A DNA stretch of 20,000 nucleotides from an uncultured virus (IMG/VR IMGVR_UViG_3300005326_000004) (Duplodnaviria; Heunggongvirae; Uroviricota; Caudoviricetes), in IMG/VR virus record IMGVR_UViG_3300005326_000004. One strand, 5' to 3'. Below, piece after piece: positions 6,785 through 13,730 of the stretch. The notes under the pieces are model-generated. The model was not told where the DNA came from. It saw only the letters and a program-made list of their open reading frames with translations, and did no database searches. Positions within the stretch are counted from its first letter, which is position 1. The number at the start of each line of letters is the position of its first letter. The position numbers and the translations under genes are program-made.

Positions 6785-7195
6785 ATGTGTCTTAATATAC
6801 GACTTGGTAAACGGATAATGAAAAAGGATACCACGATTTATAGAGTAGTAGAAGTACGTGATGGTTTATATTACTCTTGCCTTTTCGATAAGGATAGTGG
6901 TTTTCATCACGGAGTAAACCGTGCAGTAGTCTGTCCTGTTGTGTATATGACAAAAAAAGGTAGACGAATGTATCCATCCGGTTATCATTGTTTCACAAAA
7001 CGTAGTGATGCAAAAATATATAAAGAAGAATTTTTGGAAGCGCTTTACAAGTGTCTTGACTTACCGTTACCATACTATAAAATTGTTGTGTTCACTATTC
7101 CACAAGGAGTAAAAACATATGCGGGATATACTAAATTAGAAAACACAGATAGAAAAATGTATACGTTGGTTTCCCCCATACTTGTTTTGAAATGA
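6785..7195 (+). CDS. tandem paralogue 1 (MCLxIRLG / YPSGYHCF family)
   Basis: AAGGAG RBS; shares motifs with the next two ORFs. Confidence 0.85.
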   Translation: MCLNIRLGKRIMKKDTTIYRVVEVRDGLYYSCLFDKDSGFHHGVNRAVVCPVVYMTKKGRRMYPSGYHCFTKRSDAKIYKEEFLEALYKCLDLPLPYYKIVVFTIPQGVKTYAGYTKLENTDRKMYTLVSPILVLK

Positions 7196-7210
7196 ATGAA
7201 AGGGTAAACT

Positions 7211-7645
7211 ATGTGTCTTGATATACGCCTTGGTAAACGGATAATGAAAAAGGCTACCACGGTTTACAAAGTGGTACGGGTTATTTACCTACGCGGTCAG
7301 GAGATTTATACACCATGCTTTTTCCCGTTGTCCCCTGTTTTTAAAAAAGGTGTTAATCATGCGGATGTGACTGCAATTTTGTATTCCACATATAGGGGCT
7401 ACCATACATATCCATCGGGTTATCATTGTTTCCAGAAAGTGGGGGATGCCGAAGCATATATGAAGGAGTACTTGAATGGTGAGCTTGCACATGATGAATC
7501 CGTCAAAATTGTTGAATTCACCATCCCGCGAGGAGTGGAAGTATATGCGGGCTACACCTCGGTATTACCATCCACACATTTGAGGAATAGTCCAGTAGTT
7601 GGCAAACTGTATACGTTGGTTTCCCCAATTCTCATTTTGGAATAA
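7211..7645 (+). CDS. tandem paralogue 2
   Basis: MCLDIRLG...YPSGYHCF...IPRG...LYTLVSP. Confidence 0.85.
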   Translation: MCLDIRLGKRIMKKATTVYKVVRVIYLRGQEIYTPCFFPLSPVFKKGVNHADVTAILYSTYRGYHTYPSGYHCFQKVGDAEAYMKEYLNGELAHDESVKIVEFTIPRGVEVYAGYTSVLPSTHLRNSPVVGKLYTLVSPILILE

Positions 7646-7662
7646 ACGAAAGGAATACACTT

Positions 7663-8085
7663 ATGTGTTTAGATATCCGCCTGGGAGACAAAGTTCTAAT
7701 GAGGGACACGGTTGTTTACAAAGTGGTAAGGTATTACAAACAAGGTGCAATGTCGTTTTTTGAACCGTGTTTCTTTGGAAGATACAGACATTTCAAAAAA
7801 GGTGTAAACTACGCAAGTGTACAACCAATTGAATATTATACATCGAAAGGGTTACGTACGTACCCGTCCGGGTATCATTGCTTTACGAGACGGGAAGCTG
7901 CAAAAATCTACATGGAAGAATTTTTTCAGGAGGAAGGTGCAACAATTTTGGAGTTTGTTATCCCAAAAGGTACCAAAGTATCCACCGGGTATACGGAAGT
8001 GTTTGATATAGTTGAACTTCGCAAATTGTATACGTTGGTTTCCCCGGTAATTGTGTGGAATAGAGAAGAAAGGTATGGTATATAA
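7663..8085 (+). CDS. tandem paralogue 3
   Basis: MCLDIRLG...YPSGYHCF...IPKG...LYTLVSP. Confidence 0.85.
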   Translation: MCLDIRLGDKVLMRDTVVYKVVRYYKQGAMSFFEPCFFGRYRHFKKGVNYASVQPIEYYTSKGLRTYPSGYHCFTRREAAKIYMEEFFQEEGATILEFVIPKGTKVSTGYTEVFDIVELRKLYTLVSPVIVWNREERYGI

Positions 8086-8300
8086 TGATTCAGGATAGAA
8101 TTAATGCATTATTGACGTGGTTAAAAACCCGATTTATCGAGGAAGAGCCCGCACCAAAACCATCTGAACCAATAAAGAAAAGTTGTATCAGTTGTAAATA
8201 CGGATTACATGATATGGATAAACCACCATGTAAGGAATGTCAGGCTGTACAGCAAACAGACGGGTCTTTCATATTCACCAACTGGGAAAGGACATTGTAA
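8085..8300 (+). CDS. small Cys-rich (CxxC...CxxC) protein
   Basis: CISC...CKEC; TAATG coupling to the upstream gene. Confidence 0.7.
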   Translation: MIQDRINALLTWLKTRFIEEEPAPKPSEPIKKSCISCKYGLHDMDKPPCKECQAVQQTDGSFIFTNWERTL

Positions 8301-8303
8301 CAT

Positions 8304-8606
8304 ATGAACAGTCCATTATACATCAAAATACACTATGACAATGTAAACGTGAAGTTCACGCACGAAACGAATATCAAAGCATCAAAGGTCAATGATATTC
8401 TTTGGGATTACCTGGAGACCCAGCAAGGGAAGGGTAAAGACCTGCGAATGCCGAACAAGCAAGCGGTGTATGATATAACCATCAAACTTGATCTTACCGA
8501 AGATACGTTTTCCGTGTCCGACAATTGCGGAAATGATTCCCTTCGGGATGGTATCATAATGTACTTTACAAAAGGTAACAAAGAGGGTTCAGACGGGGAG
8601 GAGTAG
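8304..8606 (+). CDS. hypothetical protein
   Basis: AAGGA RBS; tightly packed between neighbours. Confidence 0.7.
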   Translation: MNSPLYIKIHYDNVNVKFTHETNIKASKVNDILWDYLETQQGKGKDLRMPNKQAVYDITIKLDLTEDTFSVSDNCGNDSLRDGIIMYFTKGNKEGSDGEE

Positions 8607-8608
8607 TT

Positions 8609-8803
8609 ATGCCGTTGGATGTGATCATAAGAGGAAAAACAATCCACATTGAAGATAGTGAACGTGTTCAATGTGAGATATGGACTCGGGTAATGGGTTA
8701 TTACCGACCTGTAAGTGAGTTCAATATCGGGAAGGTCCAGGAATTCAAAGACCGTGTTTCCTTTATTGAAAGGGGAATAGATGGCAACACGTCATTACCA
8801 TAA
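8609..8803 (+). CDS. nrdD: stand-alone NrdD C-terminal glycyl-radical-domain-like protein (64 aa)
   Basis: 'CEIWTRVMGYYRPVSEFNIGKVQEFKDR' matches the class III RNR C-terminal motif (RxxGY.RP...N.GK..E...R); GGGGAGGAG RBS. Confidence 0.8.
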   Translation: MPLDVIIRGKTIHIEDSERVQCEIWTRVMGYYRPVSEFNIGKVQEFKDRVSFIERGIDGNTSLP

Positions 8804-9152
8804 TACCGGAATGAAATTGTATGTAAGTCGATTGAGTTCTTTTGTGACGGAGGCCAAGGACGTTCAAAAGAAGTACGATTCACAAATCGCTGAATTGACT
8901 CGGCAGGTTGTACGGGGTGAGAAAACCATTGAACGGTTGATCAATGCCCTTCCTAAAACGTGTTCTAATTGTCCACGGGAAAAGCATTGTAAACTTAATT
9001 CGTTGAATGGTGTACAACCAACAGCGGAAGATTGTTTTGAAGCAATAAAAGAGTGGGCTTATTCAGGAAGGAGCACACCAAGAAAACAATGGAAGAAAAA
9101 CCCGTTTTGTGTAAGTGTGGTTGCGGAATGCCCGCCCCAATCTGTAAAGTGA
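8781..9152 (+). CDS. hypothetical protein (coiled-coil + Cys motif)
   Basis: AGGGG RBS; heptad-like segment followed by CSNCP...C. Confidence 0.6.
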   Translation: MATRHYHNTGMKLYVSRLSSFVTEAKDVQKKYDSQIAELTRQVVRGEKTIERLINALPKTCSNCPREKHCKLNSLNGVQPTAEDCFEAIKEWAYSGRSTPRKQWKKNPFCVSVVAECPPQSVK

Positions 9153-9265
9153 ACAACAAAGCAAAAGGGCTGGTTAAAGGCCAGCCCCGTGATTACATAA
9201 AAGGACATTATATAAAATTGTTAGATCGTGGAAAGAAACACCCTTGGAGAGTTTGGCATGAGTGA
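9089..9265 (+). CDS. small CxCGCG-motif protein
   Basis: 'LCKCGCG......YIKGH' is a motif often seen at the N-terminus of phage HNH/NUMOD proteins; no nuclease domain follows. Confidence 0.55.
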   Translation: MEEKPVLCKCGCGMPAPICKVNNKAKGLVKGQPRDYIKGHYIKLLDRGKKHPWRVWHE

Positions 9266-9494
9266 AGTATTAAAACGTTATGTTGAAAAAGAAGTTTTTG
9301 ACAAAATAGAATGGAAGATTACCGTTACGGCAACCGTTGAAGGTGTTGAATACATACAAGGTGAAATCTTCCACGAAGGCAATTTGAAATTCATTATGAT
9401 TGACAAGAGATCGTTTTTGGGTATGCATATTGAAAAAATTATGTCCACCATAAAAACAAGAATACTTGTGAAGAAAAACATCATTGTTTTTTAG
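9258..9494 (+). CDS. hypothetical protein, last gene of the + arm
   Basis: GGAG RBS before ATG 9258; 3' end overlaps the convergent holin-like gene by 14 nt. Confidence 0.55.
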   Translation: MSEVLKRYVEKEVFDKIEWKITVTATVEGVEYIQGEIFHEGNLKFIMIDKRSFLGMHIEKIMSTIKTRILVKKNIIVF

Positions 9495-9678
9495 CGTCCT
9501 TCAAAGCCGCACGTAAAGCAGCACCACCTAAACCAAGTAGTATATTTCCAACTACGGTGGAAACGTTAGGGGGGATAACACCGTACGCTTCGGCAACATT
9601 CACGGCAATGTATCCACCAGCACAAATGTACGTACGTTTGCCTTTCAACCAATTCCATATTTTTTCAGTCGTTTTCAT
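9481..9678 (-). CDS. holin-like membrane protein
   Basis: 65 aa with 'WLKGKRTY', two hydrophobic segments and a basic C-terminus; GAAAGGAA RBS; next to the endolysin. Confidence 0.7.
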   Translation of the reverse strand: MKTTEKIWNWLKGKRTYICAGGYIAVNVAEAYGVIPPNVSTVVGNILLGLGGAALRAALKDAKKQ

Positions 9679-9692
9679 AACATTCCTTTCAT

Positions 9693-9734
9693 AAGCCCCC
9701 ATTAATTTTATCGGGAGATAATGGGGGCTTTTTT
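9693..9734 (+). terminator. intrinsic terminator for + strand transcription
   Basis: Perfect 12-bp inverted repeat AAGCCCCCATTA / TAATGGGGGCTT with a T run to 9734. Confidence 0.7.
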
Positions 9735-9762
9735 GAGTATGGACCAGCCCATTAATCCATAC

Positions 9763-10191
9763 TCATTTTCCGTATGTCCACCTGATCACAGGTCGATCTT
9801 TTTGTGTGTGTCTCATATCCAAGTGGATGAATGAATCGTCTACCCCAATTCCGGTAAATCCGTAATCAGGAGCCATTGCTACAATGAGTGACAAGTCCGC
9901 TTTGAATTGAATCCGATCATCATTTGTAATCGGTTTCACATCGGTAGCGAATATGAGGTGTTGGGAACTTTCCGCACCACCTACTTCTTTGTTATGCTTT
10001 TTACAACGGTATCCGGAAACGATACGAAGGCCAGACCCCAGTTCCACACGTAACCCTTCCAATGCAGCCATATGCTTGAAAAATTGGTCCGATATACGCA
10101 GGGTATCACAGCACTTACAACGTATCCATTCCTCATCATAATCAAAATGCTCCGTTATGGATTTGTTCACTTGTATAATGCTCATAATCAA
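9763..10191 (-). CDS. endolysin, peptidase M15A family
   Basis: 'HF...E..CKCC', 'SGYRC..HN..VGGA..SQH...ATD' and 'GFTGIG....FIHLD.R' Zn-peptidase motifs. Confidence 0.9.
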   Translation of the reverse strand: MIMSIIQVNKSITEHFDYDEEWIRCKCCDTLRISDQFFKHMAALEGLRVELGSGLRIVSGYRCKKHNKEVGGAESSQHLIFATDVKPITNDDRIQFKADLSLIVAMAPDYGFTGIGVDDSFIHLDMRHTQKDRPVIRWTYGK

Positions 10192-10472
10192 CTCTTCTTT
10201 CCAGGACCGTTTAATAAGTAATCCAGGATTTGCGCTTGGCCTGTTTTCAAATCATTCAACGAGGAAAGAACTTCATGACGGCAAGATGTTTGCCTATCCG
10301 AGCATCTCCCTTCACAAACCAAATGACTTATTTGCTCATCGTGACGGGTAAGGTGTTCATCGGTATTTTTCTTGTATTCCATGAACGTTCCTTTTACCAT
10401 CCCGAAAACGATACCCACTCCAATTGCTGTTGAAAGTAGAGTTATGACTGTTTGTTCTGCAAGATTTACCAT
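10188..10472 (-). CDS. lysis-cassette membrane protein (N-terminal TM + coiled coil)
   Basis: AAAGGTGG RBS before ATG 10472; TM segment 'VITLLSTAIGVGIVFGMV'; ATGA overlap with the endolysin. Confidence 0.65.
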   Translation of the reverse strand: MVNLAEQTVITLLSTAIGVGIVFGMVKGTFMEYKKNTDEHLTRHDEQISHLVCEGRCSDRQTSCRHEVLSSLNDLKTGQAQILDYLLNGPGKKS

Positions 10473-10482
10473 TGTACCACCT

Positions 10483-11406
10483 TTACTCGTTTGTGGCAAT
10501 AACCAATCCTGCTGCTCCAGCTCCACCTGTTTCTCCCCCGGTTGCAGTTGTACCGACTCCACCCGCACCACCATTAGCGGTAACTTGCGTAAGGGCAACG
10601 GTCCCTTCCCTGTATCGGATGATCACCACACCTCCACCACCACCTCCACCACCACCCGCAACGCTTCCAGCGGTTGCAGCACTTCCTGCTCCCCCATTTG
10701 CGGAAATTAATGCACTTGTACCAAGGGTCACTGTACCAGCACACTCAATGTAAATGAATCCACCACCATTACCACCCGCCCCACTTGCGGCTACTCCATC
10801 CGATGCCCCACTACCACCACCCGCACCAAACGACTCAAACAAGGAATCTTTGTTGCCAAACATACGGGATATTTTTTTCCACAAGACGGTAGCCGTACCC
10901 GCTGCACCCGTATTTGATGCTGTGCCTACTCCACCAGCAGCTCCTGCTCCACCTCCATCTCCACCAAGGTTTGTATCATCACCACCACCCGCACCACCCG
11001 CACCACCAAGGCAATTCATCATTTCATCTTTTTTCGCTGAACCGAACGGGAAACCCCCTTGCGTTCCTGGATTCCCGGCAGCTGCAGTTGATACCGCAGC
11101 ACCACCCGCTGCACCTTTACCATCCAATGATATTTTGGAACTTACCCCTAACGTGAGATCACCGGAGATCAAAAGGACCAATACACCATTGGTTGAATCG
11201 GAGCAACCCAACGTAAACAAGGTTGTGATTGTTAAGGAAGTGTACTCATAAATACCGGATGCAAGATTTTCATCTCCGGTTACGGACTTGGCTCCATCTT
11301 TACCGGAGCCCCCAAATGTCCAACTACCAAATGGATTTCCATTTACAAGATCGGTATTTGTATTTAATGCTGTTCCCAGCACGGCAGCAACTAACCCTGT
11401 GCTCAT
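10483..11406 (-). CDS. glycine-rich tail fibre/tip protein
   Basis: Repeated 'GAGGGxG' and 'ANGGAGG' motifs; last gene of the tail module. Confidence 0.7.
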   Translation of the reverse strand: MSTGLVAAVLGTALNTNTDLVNGNPFGSWTFGGSGKDGAKSVTGDENLASGIYEYTSLTITTLFTLGCSDSTNGVLVLLISGDLTLGVSSKISLDGKGAAGGAAVSTAAAGNPGTQGGFPFGSAKKDEMMNCLGGAGGAGGGDDTNLGGDGGGAGAAGGVGTASNTGAAGTATVLWKKISRMFGNKDSLFESFGAGGGSGASDGVAASGAGGNGGGFIYIECAGTVTLGTSALISANGGAGSAATAGSVAGGGGGGGGGVVIIRYREGTVALTQVTANGGAGGVGTTATGGETGGAGAAGLVIATNE

Positions 11407-11417
11407 GTAAAATGTCC

Positions 11418-11759
11418 TTACGTTATGACTCTGGTAACGGCAGTACAGGTATTACCAGTCCATGTTAGTGTTTCGGTAACAGTCCGGGAAAGTCGGCTAT
11501 ACACGGAAACAATCGTTGTAGGTTTATTTCCAGACCATGTAATCGTAGTTGTGCAATCAATATCTGTTGTGGTACTGCCATCTGAATCCGCTACGGTAAC
11601 AGTAGCCAACTTACCACTGGTGTACGACATAGTGAGATCAACGGTATGTAATGACTGCCCTTCCGCAGCTGCTTTCACTTCTGCTCGCAAATTATTGTAT
11701 TGGGAAGCTTCAATATCGTTTACACCATCCACTACTTCTGTTGTACGTGCATACGCCAT
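11418..11759 (-). CDS. tail-associated structural protein
   Basis: Thr-rich, beta-strand-like; N-terminal 'I.AS.YNNL' motif typical of fibre anchors; TAATG coupling. Confidence 0.65.
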   Translation of the reverse strand: MAYARTTEVVDGVNDIEASQYNNLRAEVKAAAEGQSLHTVDLTMSYTSGKLATVTVADSDGSTTTDIDCTTTITWSGNKPTTIVSVYSRLSRTVTETLTWTGNTCTAVTRVIT

Positions 11760-12259
11760 TACTTAACCTCAATTGTGGATTCAATCGTTAATGTTTTTGA
11801 GGATGTTTTCTCTTCATTTATCAAAGCGTGAATGATCATCGTACCGGAATCAATCAAGGATGTGGCTGATTCCCCAAATAATCCGTATTCCCGTAATGAA
11901 CCATTCCCTTCCGCTGCAGTAAAATACACGGTAATTTTTACCAATGCACCTGATACGTTAATGGATGATACTGCTTTTCTGGATAGTTCAGCACCTAATG
12001 TGGTATCAGAATCAACCGGGGCTATGGCAAGTGTACCAACGGCTCCATATGTGATATTGCAAAAGTTCCCTTGTCCACCAAGACGCTGTGCAATCATATT
12101 TTTACATGAATTCACAACCAGGTTTTTGTATTCCTTTGTGGTAACTTCCCCGGTTTCAACATCGGTAAAAATGAATTTGTGCTTTCCAGTTAACCCAACA
12201 TTGTTACCTTGTAACCGTTTCAACATTTGGGATACGGTAAGGCCAATTCTTTTTATCAT
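11759..12259 (-). CDS. baseplate/tail-fibre attachment protein
   Basis: 'KNLVVNS', 'YGAVGT....P..SDTTL..E..RK' and 'LREYGLF' motifs typical of tail collar/baseplate proteins. Confidence 0.75.
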   Translation of the reverse strand: MIKRIGLTVSQMLKRLQGNNVGLTGKHKFIFTDVETGEVTTKEYKNLVVNSCKNMIAQRLGGQGNFCNITYGAVGTLAIAPVDSDTTLGAELSRKAVSSINVSGALVKITVYFTAAEGNGSLREYGLFGESATSLIDSGTMIIHALINEEKTSSKTLTIESTIEVK

Positions 12260-13719
12260 AAGCTTTCACCCCACTTTGTGGATGAGCCCCACTTTTTGGA
12301 ACCCCATTTGATACGTGTATCCAAGTTCAATAATATTTGGGTAACCTCTTCAATCGTTACTTCGCCATTCAACAGGTTCAAATTGTCAACCATTTCATCT
12401 TCACGGTACACCAAAGACTTCTTGTTGTTCTTTAACATATTCAACAGTAAATCTTTTAATTCGTACAACGTGGAAGCGAACGTGACTTGATACTGTATTA
12501 CATCGGGAGCAAGTAGCCGTATCAATACCCGTTGAATTTGATAATTCCCAACATAACTTTCATATCCACTACACGCCACGGTTATGTATTGCCCTGATTT
12601 GAAGCCATGCTCATACGTAGTGAATGAACCAGTTACAAGGGCATCCCCAAATGTGTTTACTTCCACACGTGCTCTATCATGAGCCATTTCTTTGCTCATT
12701 ATGGAATCATCCACAATGATATGCTCATAAACACCCGTACCACCTTCAACAGCTGCAATGGCAATTTGTGAAGCGTAGTTATCCGCACATACAAGGATTG
12801 GAATTTCATATTGATAATCTATATCTATCAAATCACCTTCGGCGGGAGTAGGGAAATCATTAGCACAACGGAAATACTTTTCTTCGTAGTTCCAAAAGAA
12901 ATCAAACGTTCCATCATCTGCATTGATATAATCCACGGCAGAAGTATAACTATCCTGTCCACCATAATAATGAGTCAGTAATATGGAGGATACCGCATGG
13001 GGTTTATGAGCCAGCGGCCAAATACGTGTTCTTCCATCGGGAGCAAAGAATTCCCTGAATGTATCGGAGAGGTAATAACCCCCACGTACGTACACGCGAT
13101 TACGTACTTGTGTAAAGTCGGGAGTCAATTGGAAATTATCAACTTTCGTGGCTAACACGGTATCATTGATTGTAAATGGGGCTGGTCTGGTTTCATATGC
13201 AAAGAAATGTATATCTTTGTTGTAATCAACATACCAGTCATATTTGGTCATTGTACAAAGTTGGGTAATTGCTTCCGAAGGACGAATGTAATTGAACGAT
13301 ACTTCTTTTATCGTTGGACCGGTAGCTACATTGTTTGTAGTGTACCCAATGGATAAATCCGTATAATTGGCAACAATGTCTTGTATGATTTCACCACATG
13401 TAATATCTTCGTATACGCATTTAACCAAGTACCTATCCAACATACGTTGGTAATCTGTGCAAACAATATCATATGAGTATAACCGATTTGCCGGGACACT
13501 ACTGGGAGCTAACCGTCTTTTGTTCACGGATAAAATAGAACCACCAAACAAAATGTTGGTAATGGTATCCCGGTAAATCAAAACAGACATACCTGGTATA
13601 GGAACAACACTGGGATCTTCCATAGAAAACGAAGCCATATCAGGGGCATGGGTAAGCTCGTTTTCGATCACCAAATTTTTTGAGTTTACGATTGTGTTAT
13701 TTACCAATACGTATATCAC
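12256..13719 (-). CDS. tail hub/baseplate protein
   Basis: Directly after the tape measure gene; 'YDWYVDYNKDIHFF' and 'VRNRVYVRGG' hub-like motifs. Confidence 0.75.
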   Translation of the reverse strand: MIYVLVNNTIVNSKNLVIENELTHAPDMASFSMEDPSVVPIPGMSVLIYRDTITNILFGGSILSVNKRRLAPSSVPANRLYSYDIVCTDYQRMLDRYLVKCVYEDITCGEIIQDIVANYTDLSIGYTTNNVATGPTIKEVSFNYIRPSEAITQLCTMTKYDWYVDYNKDIHFFAYETRPAPFTINDTVLATKVDNFQLTPDFTQVRNRVYVRGGYYLSDTFREFFAPDGRTRIWPLAHKPHAVSSILLTHYYGGQDSYTSAVDYINADDGTFDFFWNYEEKYFRCANDFPTPAEGDLIDIDYQYEIPILVCADNYASQIAIAAVEGGTGVYEHIIVDDSIMSKEMAHDRARVEVNTFGDALVTGSFTTYEHGFKSGQYITVACSGYESYVGNYQIQRVLIRLLAPDVIQYQVTFASTLYELKDLLLNMLKNNKKSLVYREDEMVDNLNLLNGEVTIEEVTQILLNLDTRIKWGSKKWGSSTKWGESL

Positions 13720-13730
13720 ACTGAATCCCC

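Noticed and set aside
6785..8085. Diversity-generating retroelement (TR/VR) behind the paralogue triplet
   Set aside because: Differences are not confined to adenines and include indels; no reverse transcriptase is present in the window.
1124..8883. Long - strand ORFs in the early arm (1124..1606, 1450..1980, 4004..4615, 5068..5442 and others)
   Set aside because: They are antisense to RBS-supported, tightly packed + strand genes and show no recognisable motifs.
9089..9265. HNH homing endonuclease
   Set aside because: Only the CxCGCG...KGH N-terminal motif is present; no HNH catalytic motif is visible.
10372..12490. Pro-rich and other + strand ORFs (10372, 10472, 10754, 11425, 11832 and others)
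   Set aside because: They are antisense shadows of Gly/Thr-rich - strand tail genes.
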